Shown here: one piece after another, positions 26,001-41,000 of the stretch
Position numbering within the stretch: the first letter of the stretch is position 1
Layout of the letters: each line of letters begins with the position of its first letter
DNA from: the human T2T-CHM13v2.0 reference genome, Homo sapiens
Assembly: GCF_009914755.1 (NCBI RefSeq)
Contig: NC_060942.1
Strand: one strand, 5' to 3'
Length of the DNA: 64,000 bases
The notes under the pieces: model-generated
What the model saw: the letters and a program-made list of their open reading frames with translations, nothing else
Databases searched by the model: none
What the model was told of the DNA's origin: nothing
Position numbers and translations under genes: made by a program

Positions 26001-29000
26001 CTGATGTGTGTCCTCAACTAACACAGTTGAACATTTCTTTAGACAGAACAGTTTTGAAACACTCTTTTTGTGGAATCTGCAAGTGGCTATTTGGCTAGAT
26101 TTGAGGATTTCGTTGGAAACGGGATTACATATAAAAAGCAGTCAGCAGCATTCTCAGAAAGTTCTTTGTGATGATTGCATTCAAGTCACAGAATTGAACA
26201 TTCCGTTTCACAGAGCAGGTTTGAAACACTCTTTTTGTAGTGTGTGTAAGTGGACATTTGGAGCACTTACCGGCCTAAGGTGAAAAAGGAAATATCTTCC
26301 CATAAAAACTAGACAGAAGCATTCTCAGAAACTTACTCGTGATGTGTGTCCTCAACTAAAGGAGTAGAACCTTTCTTTTCATAGAGAAGTTTTGAAACGC
26401 TCTTTTTGTGGAATCTGCAAGTGGATATTTGGCTAGTTTTGAGGATTTCGTTGGAAGCGGGAATTCATACAAATTGCAGACTGCAGCGTTCTGAGAAACA
26501 TCTTTGTGATGTTTGTATTCAGGACACAGAGTTGAACATTCCCTATCATAGAGCAGGTTTGAATCACTCCTTTTGTAGTATCTGGAAGTGGACATTTGGA
26601 GCGCTTTCAGGCCTATGTTGGAAAAGGAAATATCTTCCCATAACAACTAGACAGAAGCATTCTCAGAAACTTATTTGAGATGTGTGTACTCAACTAAGAG
26701 AATTGAACCACCGTTTTGAAGGAGCAGTTTTGAAACTCTCTTTTTCTGGAATCTGCAAGTGGATATTTGGCTAGCTTTGGGGATTTCGCTGGAAGCGGGA
26801 ATACATATAAAAAGCACACAGCAGCGTTCTGAGAAACTGCTTTCTGATGTTTGCATTCAAGTCAAAAGTTGAACACTCCCTTTCATAGAGCAGTCTTGAA
26901 ACACCCCTTTTGTAGTATCTGGAACTGGACTTTTGGAGCGATTTCAGGGCTAAGGTGAAAAAGGAAATATCTTCCCATAAAAACTGGACAGAAGCATTCT
27001 CAGAAACTTGTTTATGCTGTATCTACTCAACTAACAAAGTTGAACCTTTCTTTTGATAGAGCAGTTTTGAAATGGTCTTTTTGTGGAATCTGCAAGTGGA
27101 TATTTGGCTAGTTTTGAGGATTTCGTTGGAAGCGGGAATTCATACAAATTGCAGACTGCAGCGTTCTGAGAAACATCTTTGTGATGTTTGTATTCAGGAC
27201 ACAGAGTTGAACATTCCCTATCATAGAGCAGGTTGGAATCACTCCTTTTGTAGTATCTGGAAGTGGACATTTGGAGCGCTTTCAGGCCTATTTTGGAAAG
27301 GGAAATATCTTCCCGTAACAACTATGCAGAAGCATTCTCAGAAACTTGTTTGTGATGTGTGCCCTCTACTGACAGAGTTGAACCTTTCTTTTCATAGAGC
27401 AGTTTTGAAACACTCTTTTTGTAGAATCTGCAAGAGGATATTTGCATAGCTTTGAGGATTTCCTGGGAAACGGGATTGTCTTCAGGTAAAATCTAGACAG
27501 AAGCATTCTCAGAAACTTCTTTGGGATGTTTGCATTCAAGTCACAGAGTAGAACATTCCCTTTGGTAGAGCAGGTTTGAAACACTCTTTTTGTAGTATCT
27601 GGAAGTGGACATTTGGAGCGCTTTCAGGCCCATGTTGGAAAGGGAAATATCTTCCCGTAACAACTAGGCAGAAGCATTCTCAGAAACTTATTTGAGATGT
27701 GTGTACTCAACTAAGAGAATTGAACCACCGTTTTGAAGGAGCAGTTTTGAAACACTCTTTTTCTGGAATCTGCAAGAGTATATTTGCCTAGCCTTGAGGA
27801 TTTCGTTGGAAACGGGATTGTCTTCAGAGAAAATCTAGACAGAAGCATTCTCAGAAACTTCTTTGGGATGTTTGCATTCAAGTCACAGAGTAGAACATTC
27901 CCTTTGGTAGAGCAGGTTTGAAACACTCTTTTTGTAGTATCTGGAAGTGGACATTTGGAGCGCTTTCAGGCCTACGTTGGAAAAGGAAATATCTTCCCAT
28001 AACAACTAGACAGAAGCATTCTCAGAAACTAGTTTCTGATGTGTGTCCTCAACTAACACAGTTGAACATTTCTTTAGACAGAACAGTTTTGAAACACTCT
28101 TTTTGTGGAATCTGCAAGTGGCTATTTGGCTAGATTTGAGGATTTCGTTGGAAACGGGATTACATATAAAAAGCAGTCAGCAGCATTCTCAGAAAGTTCT
28201 TTGTGATGATTGCATTCAAGTCACAGAATTGAACATTCCCTTTCACAGAGCAGGTTTGAAACACTCTTTTTGTAGTGTGTGTAAGTGGACATTTGGAGCA
28301 CTTACCGGCCTAAGGTGAAAAAGGAAATATCTTCCCATAAAAACTAGACAGAAGCATTCTCAGAAACTTACTCGTGATGTGTGTCCTCAACTAAAGGAGT
28401 AGAACCTTTCTTTTCATAGAGAAGTTTTGAAACGCTCTTTTTGTGGAATCTGCAAGTGGATATTTGGCTAGTTTTGAGGATTTCGTTGGAAGCGGGAATT
28501 CATACAAATTGCAGACTGCAGCGTTCTGAGAAACATCTTTGTGATGTTTGTATTCAGGACACAGAGTTGAACATTCCCTATCATAGAGCAGGTTTGAATC
28601 ACTCCTTTTGTAGTATCTGGAAGTGGACATTTGGAGCGCTTTCAGGCCTATGTTGGAAAAGGAAATATCTTCCCATAACAACTAGACAGAAGCATTCTCA
28701 GAAACTTATTTGAGATGTGTGTACTCAACTAAGAGAATTGAACCACCGTTTTGAAGGAGCAGTTTTGAAACTCTCTTTTTCTGGAATCTGCAAGTGGATA
28801 TTTGGCTAGCTTTGGGGATTTCGCTGGAAGCGGGAATACATATAAAAAGCACACAGCAGCGTTCTGAGAAACTGCTTTCTGATGTTTGCATTCAAGTCAA
28901 AAGTTGAACACTCCCTTTCATAGAGCAGTCTTGAAACACCCCTTTTGTAGTATCTGGAACTGGACTTTTGGAGCGATTTCAGGGCTAAGGTGAAAAAGGA

Positions 29001-32000
29001 AATATCTTCCCATAAAAACTGGACAGAAGCATTCTCAGAAACTTGTTTATGCTGTATCTACTCAACTAACAAAGTTGAACCTTTCTTTTGATAGAGCAGT
29101 TTTGAAATGGTCTTTTTGTGGAATCTGCAAGTGGATATTTGGCTAGTTTTGAGGATTTCGTTGGAAGCGGGAATTCATACAAATTGCAGACTGCAGCGTT
29201 CTGAGAAACATCTTTGTGATGTTTGTATTCAGGACACAGAGTTGAACATTCCCTATCATAGAGCAGGTTGGAATCACTCCTTTTGTAGTATCTGGAAGTG
29301 GACATTTGGAGCGCTTTCAGGCCTATTTTGGAAAGGGAAATATCTTCCCGTAACAACTATGCAGAAGCATTCTCAGAAACTTGTTTGTGATGTGTGCCCT
29401 CTACTGACAGAGTTGAACCTTTCTTTTCATAGAGCAGTTTTGAAACACTCTTTTTGTAGAATCTGCAAGAGGATATTTGCATAGCTTTGAGGATTTCGTG
29501 GGAAACGGGATTGTCTTCAGGTAAAATCTAGACAGAAGCATTCTCAGAAACTTCTTTGGGATGTTTGCATTCAAGTCACAGAGTAGAACATTCCCTTTGG
29601 TAGAGCAGGTTTGAAACACTCTTTTTGTAGTATCTGGAAGTGGACATTTGGAGCGCTTTCAGGCCCATGTTGGAAAGGGAAATATCTTCCCGTAACAACT
29701 AGGCAGAAGCATTCTCAGAAACTTATTTGAGATGTGTGTACTCAACTAAGAGAATTGAACCACCGTTTTGAAGGAGCAGTTTTGAAACACTCTTTTTCTG
29801 GAATCTGCAAGAGTATATTTGCCTAGCCTTGAGGATTTCGTTGGAAACGGGATTGTCTTCAGAGAAAATCTAGACAGAAGCATTCTCAGAAACTTCTTTG
29901 GGATGTTTGCATTCAAGTCACAGAGTAGAACATTCCCTTTGGTAGAGCAGGTTTGAAACACTCTTTTTGTAGTATCTGGAAGTGGACATTTGGAGCGCTT
30001 TCAGGCCTACGTTGGAAAAGGAAATATCTTCCCATAACAACTAGACAGAAGCATTCTCAGAAACTAGTTTCTGATGTGTGTCCTCAACTAACACAGTTGA
30101 ACATTTCTTTAGACAGAACAGTTTTGAAACACTCTTTTTGTGGAATCTGCAAGTGGCTATTTGGCTAGATTTGAGGATTTCGTTGGAAACGGGATTACAT
30201 ATAAAAAGCAGTCAGCAGCATTCTCAGAAAGTTCTTTGTGATGATTGCATTCAAGTCACAGAATTGAACATTCCCTTTCACAGAGCAGGTTTGAAACACT
30301 CTTTTTGTAGTGTGTGTAAGTGGACATTTGGAGCACTTACCGGCCTAAGGTGAAAAAGGAAATATCTTCCCATAAAAACTAGACAGAAGCATTCTCAGAA
30401 ACTTACTCGTGATGTGTGTCCTCAACTAAAGGAGTAGAACCTTTCTTTTCATAGAGAAGTTTTGAAACGCTCTTTTTGTGGAATCTGCAAGTGGATATTT
30501 GGCTAGTTTTGAGGATTTCGTTGGAAGCGGGAATTCATACAAATTGCAGACTGCAGCGTTCTGAGAAACATCTTTGTGATGTTTGTATTCAGGACACAGA
30601 GTTGAACATTCCCTATCATAGAGCAGGTTTGAATCACTCCTTTTGTAGTATCTGGAAGTGGACATTTGGAGCGCTTTCAGGCCTATGTTGGAAAAGGAAA
30701 TATCTTCCCATAACAACTAGACAGAAGCATTCTCAGAAACTTATTTGAGATGTGTGTACTCAACTAAGAGAATTGAACCACCGTTTTGAAGGAGCAGTTT
30801 TGAAACTCTCTTTTTCTGGAATCTGCAAGTGGATATTTGGCTAGCTTTGGGGATTTCGCTGGAAGCGGGAATACATATAAAAAGCACACAGCAGCGTTCT
30901 GAGAAACTGCTTTCTGATGTTTGCATTCAAGTCAAAAGTTGAACACTCCCTTTCATAGAGCAGTCTTGAAACACCCCTTTTGTAGTATCTGGAACTGGAC
31001 TTTTGGAGCGATTTCAGGGCTAAGGTGAAAAAGGAAATATCTTCCCATAAAAACTGGACAGAAGCATTCTCAGAAACTTGTTTATGCTGTATCTACTCAA
31101 CTAACAAAGTTGAACCTTTCTTTTGATAGAGCAGTTTTGAAATGGTCTTTTTGTGGAATCTGCAAGTGGATATTTGGCTAGTTTTGAGGATTTCGTTGGA
31201 AGCGGGAATTCATACAAATTGCAGACTGCAGCGTTCTGAGAAACATCTTTGTGATGTTTGTATTCAGGACACAGAGTTGAACATTCCCTATCATAGAGCA
31301 GGTTGGAATCACTCCTTTTGTAGTATCTGGAAGTGGACATTTGGAGCGCTTTCAGGCCTATTTTGGAAAGGGAAATATCTTCCCGTAACAACTATGCAGA
31401 AGCATTCTCAGAAACTTGTTTGTGATGTGTGCCCTCTACTGACAGAGTTGAACCTTTCTTTTCATAGAGCAGTTTTGAAACACTCTTTTTGTAGAATCTG
31501 CAAGAGGATATTTGCATAGCTTTGAGGATTTCGTGGGAAACGGGATTGTCTTCAGGTAAAATCTAGACAGAAGCATTCTCAGAAACTTCTTTGGGATGTT
31601 TGCATTCAAGTCACAGAGTAGAACATTCCCTTTGGTAGAGCAGGTTTGAAACACTCTTTTTGTAGTATCTGGAAGTGGACATTTGGAGCGCTTTCAGGCC
31701 CATGTTGGAAAGGGAAATATCTTCCCGTAACAACTAGGCAGAAGCATTCTCAGAAACTTATTTGAGATGTGTGTACTCAACTAAGAGAATTGAACCACCG
31801 TTTTGAAGGAGCAGTTTTGAAACACTCTTTTTCTGGAATCTGCAAGAGTATATTTGCCTAGCCATGAGGATTTCGTTGGAAACGGGATTGTCTTCAGAGA
31901 AAATCTAGACAGAAGCATTCTCAGAAACTTCTTTGGGATGTTTGCATTCAAGTCACAGAGTAGAACATTCCCTTTGGTAGAGCAGGTTTGAAACACTCTT

Positions 32001-35000
32001 TTTTTAGTATATGGAAGTGGACATTTGGAGCGCTTTCAGGCCTACGTTGGAAAAGGAAATATCTTCCCATAACAACTAGACAGAAGCATTCTCAGAAACT
32101 AGTTTCTGATGTGTGTCCTCAACTAACACAGTTGAACATTTCTTTAGACAGAACAGTTTTGAAACACTCTTTTTGTGGAATCTGCAAGTGGCTATTTGGC
32201 TAGATTTGAGGATTTCGTTGGAAACGGGATTACATATAAAAAGCAGTCAGCAGCATTCTCAGAAAGTTCTTTGTGATGATTGCATTCAAGTCACAGAATT
32301 GAACATTCCCTTTCACAGAGCAGGTTTGAAACACTCTTTTTGTAGTGTGTGTAAGTGGACATTTGGAGCACTTACCGGCCTAAGGTGAAAAAGGAAATAT
32401 CTTCCCATAAAAACTAGACAGAAGCATTCTCAGAAACTTACTCGTGATGTGTGTCCTCAACTAAAGGAGTAGAACCTTTCTTTTCATAGAGAAGTTTTGA
32501 AACGCTCTTTTTGTGGAATCTGCAAGTGGATATTTGGCTAGTTTTGAGGATTTCGTTGGAAGCGGGAATTCATACAAATTGCAGACTGCAGCGTTCTGAG
32601 AAACATCTTTGTGATGTTTGTATTCAGGACACAGAGTTGAACATTCCCTATCATAGAGCAGGTTTGAATCACTCCTTTTGTAGTATCTGGAAGTGGACAT
32701 TTGGAGCGCTTTCAGGCCTATGTTGGAAAAGGAAATATCTTCCCATAACAACTAGACAGAAGCATTCTCAGAAACTTATTTGAGATGTGTGTACTCAACT
32801 AAGAGAATTGAACCACCGTTTTGAAGGAGCAGTTTTGAAACTCTCTTTTTCTGGAATCTGCAAGTGGATATTTGGCTAGCTTTGGGGATTTCGCTGGAAG
32901 CGGGAATACATATAAAAAGCACACAGCAGCGTTCTGAGAAACTGCTTTCTGATGTTTGCATTCAAGTCAAAAGTTGAACACTCCCTTTCATAGAGCAGTC
33001 TTGAAACACCCCTTTTGTAGTATCTGGAACTGGACTTTTGGAGCGATTTCAGGGCTAAGGTGAAAAAGGAAATATCTTCCCATAAAAACTGGACAGAAGC
33101 ATTCTCAGAAACTTGTTTATGCTGTATCTACTCAACTAACAAAGTTGAACCTTTCTTTTGATAGAGCAGTTTTGAAATGGTCTTTTTGTGGAATCTGCAA
33201 GTGGATATTTGGCTAGTTTTGAGGATTTCGTTGGAAGCGGGAATTCATACAAATTGCAGACTGCAGCGTTCTGAGAAACATCTTTGTGATGTTTGTATTC
33301 AGGACACAGAGTTGAACATTCCCTATCATAGAGCAGGTTGGAATCACTCCTTTTGTAGTATCTGGAAGTGGACATTTGGAGCGCTTTCAGGCCTATTTTG
33401 GAAAGGGAAATATCTTCCCGTAACAACTATGCAGAAGCATTCTCAGAAACTTGTTTGTGATGTGTGCCCTCTACTGACAGAGTTGAACCTTTCTTTTCAT
33501 AGAGCAGTTTTGAAACACTCTTTTTGTAGAATCTGCAAGAGGATATTTGCATAGCTTTGAGGATTTCGTGGGAAACGGGATTGTCTTCAGGTAAAATCTA
33601 GACAGAAGCATTCTCAGAAACTTCTTTGGGATGTTTGCATTCAAGTCACAGAGTAGAACATTCCCTTTGGTAGAGCAGGTTTGAAACACTCTTTTTGTAG
33701 TATCTGGAAGTGGACATTTGGAGCGCTTTCAGGCCCATGTTGGAAAGGGAAATATCTTCCCGTAACAACTAGGCAGAAGCATTCTCAGAAACTTATTTGA
33801 GATGTGTGTACTCAACTAAGAGAATTGAACCACCGTTTTGAAGGAGCAGTTTTGAAACACTCTTTTTCTGGAATCTGCAAGAGTATATTTGCCTAGCCAT
33901 GAGGATTTCGTTGGAAACGGGATTGTCTTCAGAGAAAATCTAGACAGAAGCATTCTCAGAAACTTCTTTGGGATGTTTGCATTCAAGTCACAGAGTAGAA
34001 CATTCCCTTTGGTAGAGCAGGTTTGAAACACTCTTTTTTTAGTATATGGAAGTGGACATTTGGAGCGCTTTCAGGCCTACGTTGGAAAAGGAAATATCTT
34101 CCCATAACAACTAGACAGAAGCATTCTCAGAAACTAGTTTCTGATGTGTGTCCTCAACTAACACAGTTGAACATTTCTTTAGACAGAACAGTTTTGAAAC
34201 ACTCTTTTTGTGGAATCTGCAAGTGGCTATTTGGCTAGATTTGAGGATTTCGTTGGAAACGGGATTACATATAAAAAGCAGTCAGCAGCATTCTCAGAAA
34301 GTTCTTTGTGATGATTGCATTCAAGTCACAGAATTGAACATTCCCTTTCACAGAGCAGGTTTGAAACACTCTTTTTGTAGTGTGTGTAAGTGGACATTTG
34401 GAGCACTTACCGGCCTAAGGTGAAAAAGGAAATATCTTCCCATAAAAACTAGACAGAAGCATTCTCAGAAACTTACTCGTGATGTGTGTCCTCAACTAAA
34501 GGAGTAGAACCTTTCTTTTCATAGAGAAGTTTTGAAACGCTCTTTTTGTGGAATCTGCAAGTGGATATTTGGCTAGTTTTGAGGATTTCGTTGGAAGCGG
34601 GAATTCATACAAATTGCAGACTGCAGCGTTCTGAGAAACATCTTTGTGATGTTTGTATTCAGGACACAGAGTTGAACATTCCCTATCATAGAGCAGGTTG
34701 GAATCACTCCTTTTGTAGTATCTGGAAGTGGACATTTGGAGCGCTTTCAGGCCTATGTTGGAAAAGGAAATATCTTCCCATAACAACTAGACAGAAGCAT
34801 TCTCAGAAACTTATTTGAGATGTGTGTACTCAACTAAGAGAATTGAACCACCGTTTTGAAGGAGCAGTTTTGAAACTCTCTTTTTCTGGAATCTGCAAGT
34901 GGATATTTGGCTAGCTTTGGGGATTTCGCTGGAAGCGGGAATACATATAAAAAGCACACAGCAGCGTTCTGAGAAACTGCTTTCTGATGTTTGCATTCAA

Positions 35001-38000
35001 GTCAAAAGTTGAACACTCCCTTTCATAGAGCAGTCCTGAAACACCCCTTTTGTAGTATCTGGAACTGGACTTTTGGAGCGATTTCAGGGCTAAGGTGAAA
35101 AAGGAAATATCTTCCCATAAAAACTGGACAGAAGCATTCTCAGAAACTTGTTTATGCTGTATCTACTCAACTAACAAAGTTGAACCTTTCTTTTGATAGA
35201 GCAGTTTTGAAATGGTCTTTTTGTGGAATCTGCAAGTGGATATTTGGCTAGTTTTGAGGATTTCGTTGGAAGCGGGAATTCATACAAATTGCAGACTGCA
35301 GCGTTCTGAGAAACATCTTTGTGATGTTTGTATTCAGGACACAGAGTTGAACATTCCCTATCATAGAGCAGGTTGGAATCACTCCTTTTGTAGTATCTGG
35401 AAGTGGACATTTGGAGCGCTTTCAGGCCTATTTTGGAAAGGGAAATATCTTCCCGTAACAACTATGCAGAAGCATTCTCAGAAACTTGTTTGTGATGTGT
35501 GCCCTCTACTGACAGAGTTGAACCTTTCTTTTCATAGAGCAGTTTTGAAACACTCTTTTTGTAGAATCTGCAAGAGGATATTTGCATAGCTTTGAGGATT
35601 TCGTGGGAAACGGGATTGTCTTCAGGTAAAATCTAGACAGAAGCATTCTCAGAAACTTCTTTGGGATGTTTGCATTCAAGTCACAGAGTAGAACATTCCC
35701 TTTGGTAGAGCAGGTTTGAAACACTCTTTTTGTAGTATCTGGAAGTGGACATTTGGAGCGCTTTCAGGCCCATGTTGGAAAGGGAAATATCTTCCCGTAA
35801 CAACTAGGCAGAAGCATTCTCAGAAACTTATTTGAGATGTGTGTACTCAACTAAGAGAATTGAACCACCGTTTTGAAGGAGCAGTTTTGAAACACTCTTT
35901 TTCTGGAATCTGCAAGAGTATATTTGCCTAGCCATGAGGATTTCGTTGGAAACGGGATTGTCTTCAGAGAAAATCTAGACAGAAGCATTCTCAGAAACTT
36001 CTTTGGGATGTTTGCATTCAAGTCACAGAGTAGAACATTCCCTTTGGTAGAGCAGGTTTGAAACACTCTTTTTTTAGTATATGGAAGTGGACATTTGGAG
36101 CGCTTTCAGGCCTACGTTGGAAAAGGAAATATCTTCCCATAACAACTAGACAGAAGCATTCTCAGAAACTAGTTTCTGATGTGTGTCCTCAACTAACACA
36201 GTTGAACATTTCTTTAGACAGAACAGTTTTGAAACACTCTTTTTGTGGAATCTGCAAGTGGCTATTTGGCTAGATTTGAGGATTTCGTTGGAAACGGGAT
36301 TACATATAAAAAGCAGTCAGCAGCATTCTCAGAAAGTTCTTTGTGATGATTGCATTCAAGTCACAGAATTGAACATTCCCTTTCACAGAGCAGGTTTGAA
36401 ACACTCTTTTTGTAGTGTGTGTAAGTGGACATTTGGAGCACTTACCGGCCTAAGGTGAAAAAGGAAATATCTTCCCATAAAAACTAGACAGAAGCATTCT
36501 CAGAAACTTACTCGTGATATGTGTCCTCAACTAAAGGAGTAGAACCTTTCTTTTCATAGAGAAGTTTTGAAACGCTCTTTTTGTGGAATCTGCAGGTGGA
36601 TATTTGGCTAGTTTTGAGGATTTCGTTGGAAGCGGGAATTCATACAAATTGCAGACTGCAGCGTTCTGAGAAACATCTTTGTGATGTTTGTATTCAGGAC
36701 ACAGAGTTGAACATTCCCTATCATAGAGCAGGTTGGAATCACTCCTTTTGTAGTATCTGGAAGTGGACATTTGGAGCGCTTTCAGGCCTATGTTGGAAAA
36801 GGAAATATCTTCCCATAACAACTAGACAGAAGCATTCTCAGAAACTTATTTGAGATGTGTGTACTCAACTAAGAGAATTGAACCACCGTTTTGAAGGAGC
36901 AGTTTTGAAACTCTCTTTTTCTGGAATCTGCAAGTGGATATTTGGCTAGCTTTGGGGATTTCGCTGGAAGCGGGAATACATATAAAAAGCACACAGCAGC
37001 GTTCTGAGAAACTGCTTTCTGATGTTTGCATTCAAGTCAAAAGTTGAACACTCCCTTTCATAGAGCAGTCTTGAAACACCCCTTTTGTAGTATCTGGAAC
37101 TGGACTTTTGGAGCGATTTCAGGGCTAAGGTGAAAAAGGAAATATCTTCCCATAAAAACTGGACAGAAGCATTCTCAGAAACTTGTTTATGCTGTATCTA
37201 CTCAACTAACAAAGTTGAACCTTTCTTTTGATAGAGCAGTTTTGAAATGGTCTTTTTGTGGAATCTGCAAGTGGATATTTGGCTAGTTTTGAGGATTTCG
37301 TTGGAAGCGGGAATTCATACAAATTGCAGACTGCAGCGTTCTGAGAAACATCTTTGTGATGTTTGTATTCAGGACACAGAGTTGAACATTCCCTATCATA
37401 GAGCAGGTTGGAATCACTCCTTTTGTAGTATCTGGAAGTGGACATTTGGAGCGCTTTCAGGCCTATTTTGGAAAGGGAAATATCTTCCCGTAACAACTAT
37501 GCAGAAGCATTCTCAGAAACTTGTTTGTGATGTGTGCCCTCTACTGACAGAGTTGAACCTTTCTTTTCATAGAGCAGTTTTGAAACACTCTTTTTGTAGA
37601 ATCTGCAAGAGGATATTTGCATAGCTTTGAGGATTTCGTGGGAAACGGGATTGTCTTCAGGTAAAATCTAGACAGAAGCATTCTCAGAAACTTCTTTGGG
37701 ATGTTTGCATTCAAGTCACAGAGTAGAACATTCCCTTTGGTAGAGCAGGTTTGAAACACTCTTTTTGTAGTATCTGGAAGTGGACATTTGGAGCGCTTTC
37801 AGGCCCATGTTGGAAAGGGAAATATCTTCCCGTAACAACTAGGCAGAAGCATTCTCAGAAACTTATTTGAGATGTGTGTACTCAACTAAGAGAATTGAAC
37901 CACCGTTTTGAAGGAGCAGTTTTGAAACACTCTTTTTCTGGAATCTGCAAGAGTATATTTGCCTAGCCTTGAGGATTTCGTTGGAAACGGGATTGTCTTC

Positions 38001-41000
38001 AGAGAAAATCTAGACAGAAGCATTCTCAGAAACTTCTTTGGGATGTTTGCATTCAAGTCACAGAGTAGAACATTCCCTTTGGTAGAGCAGGTTTGAAACA
38101 CTCTTTTTTTAGTATATGGAAGTGGACATTTGGAGCGCTTTCAGGCCTACGTTGGAAAAGGAAATATCTTCCCATAACAACTAGACAGAAGCATTCTCAG
38201 AAACTAGTTTCTGATGTGTGTCCTCAACTAACACAGTTGAACATTTCTTTAGACAGAACAGTTTTGAAACACTCTTTTTGTGGAATCTGCAAGTGGCTAT
38301 TTGGCTAGATTTGAGGATTTCGTTGGAAACGGGATTACATATAAAAAGCAGTCAGCAGCATTCTCAGAAAGTTCTTTGTGATGATTGCATTCAAGTCACA
38401 GAATTGAACATTCCCTTTCACAGAGCAGGTTTGAAACACTCTTTTTGTAGTGTGTGTAAGTGGACATTTGGAGCACTTACCGGCCTAAGGTGAAAAAGGA
38501 AATATCTTCCCATAAAAACTAGACAGAAGCATTCTCAGAAACTTACTCGTGATGTGTGTCCTCAACTAAAGGAGTAGAACCTTTCTTTTCATAGAGAAGT
38601 TTTGAAACGCTCTTTTTGTGGAATCTGCAAGTGGATATTTGGCTAGTTTTGAGGATTTCGTTGGAAGCGGGAATTCATACAAATTGCAGACTGCAGCGTT
38701 CTGAGAAACATCTTTGTGATGTTTGTATTCAGGACACAGAGTTGAACATTCCCTATCATAGAGCAGGTTGGAATCACTCCTTTTGTAGTATCTGGAAGTG
38801 GACATTTGGAGCGCTTTCAGGCCTATGTTGGAAAAGGAAATATCTTCCCATAACAACTAGACAGAAGCATTCTCAGAAACTTATTTGAGATGTGTGTACT
38901 CAACTAAGAGAATTGAACCACCGTTTTGAAGGAGCAGTTTTGAAACTCTCTTTTTCTGGAATCTGCAAGTGGATATTTGGCTAGCTTTGGGGATTTCGCT
39001 GGAAGCGGGAATACATATAAAAAGCACACAGCAGCGTTCTGAGAAACTGCTTTCTGATGTTTGCATTCAAGTCAAAAGTTGAACACTCCCTTTCATAGAG
39101 CAGTCTTGAAACACCCCTTTTGTAGTATCTGGAACTGGACTTTTGGAGCGATTTCAGGGCTAAGGTGAAAAAGGAAATATCTTCCCATAAAAACTGGACA
39201 GAAGCATTCTCAGAAACTTGTTTATGCTGTATCTACTCAACTAACAAAGTTGAACCTTTCTTTTGATAGAGCAGTTTTGAAATGGTCTTTTTGTGGAATC
39301 TGCAAGTGGATATTTGGCTAGTTTTGAGGATTTCGTTGGAAGCGGGAATTCATACAAATTGCAGACTGCAGCGTTCTGAGAAACATCTTTGTGATGTTTG
39401 TATTCAGGACACAGAGTTGAACATTCCCTATCATAGAGCAGGTTGGAATCACTCCTTTTGTAGTATCTGGAAGTGGACATTTGGAGCGCTTTCAGGCCTA
39501 TTTTGGAAAGGGAAATATCTTCCCGTAACAACTATGCAGAAGCATTCTCAGAAACTTGTTTGTGATGTGTGCCCTCTACTGACAGAGTTGAACCTTTCTT
39601 TTCATAGAGCAGTTTTGAAACACTCTTTTTGTAGAATCTGCAAGAGGATATTTGCATAGCTTTGAGGATTTCGTGGGAAACGGGATTGTCTTCAGGTAAA
39701 ATCTAGACAGAAGCATTCTCAGAAACTTCTTTGGGATGTTTGCATTCAAGTCACAGAGTAGAACATTCCCTTTGGTAGAGCAGGTTTGAAACACTCTTTT
39801 TGTAGTATCTGGAAGTGGACATTTGGAGCGCTTTCAGGCCCATGTTGGAAAGGGAAATATCTTCCCGTAACAACTAGGCAGAAGCATTCTCAGAAACTTA
39901 TTTGAGATGTGTGTACTCAACTAAGAGAATTGAACCACCGTTTTGAAGGAGCAGTTTTGAAACACTCTTTTTCTGGAATCTGCAAGAGTATATTTGCCTA
40001 GCCTTGAGGATTTCGTTGGAAACGGGATTGTCTTCAGAGAAAATCTAGACAGAAGCATTCTCAGAAACTTCTTTGGGATGCTTGCATTCCAGTCACAGAG
40101 TAGAACATTCCCTTTGGTAGAGCAGGTTTGAAACACTCTTTTTTTAGTATCTGGAAGTGGACATTTGGAGCGCTTTCAGGCCTACGTTGGAAAAGGAAAT
40201 ATCTTCCCATAACAACTAGACAGAAGCATTCTCAGAAACTAGTTTCTGATGTGTGTCCTCAACTAACACAGTTGAACATTTCTTTAGACAGAACAGTTTT
40301 GAAACACTCTTTTTGTGGAATCTGCAAGTGGCTATTTGGCTAGATTTGAGGATTTCGTTGGAAACGGGATTACATATAAAAAGCAGTCAGCAGCATTCTC
40401 AGAAAGTTCTTTGTGATGATTGCATTCAAGTCACAGAATTGAACATTCCCTTTCACAGAGCAGGTTTGAAACACTCTTTTTGTAGTGTGTGTAAGTGGAC
40501 ATTTGGAGCACTTACCGGCCTAAGGTGAAAAAGGAAATATCTTCCCATAAAAACTAGACAGAAGCATTCTCAGAAACTTACTCGTGATGTGTGTCCTCAA
40601 CTAAAGGAGTAGAACCTTTCTTTTCATAGAGAAGTTTTGAAACGCTCTTTTTGTGGAATCTGCAAGTGGATATTTGGCTAGTTTTGAGGATTTCGTTGGA
40701 AGCGGGAATTCATACAAATTGCAGACTGCAGCGTTCTGAGAAACATCTTTGTGATGTTTGTATTCAGGACACAGAGTTGAACATTCCCTATCATAGAGCA
40801 GGTTGGAATCACTCCTTTTGTAGTATCTGGAAGTGGACATTTGGAGCGCTTTCAGGCCTATGTTGGAAAAGGAAATATCTTCCCATAACAACTAGACAGA
40901 AGCATTCTCAGAAACTTATTTGAGATGTGTGTACTCAACTAAGAGAATTGAACCACCGTTTTGAAGGAGCAGTTTTGAAACTCTCTTTTTCTGGAATCTG

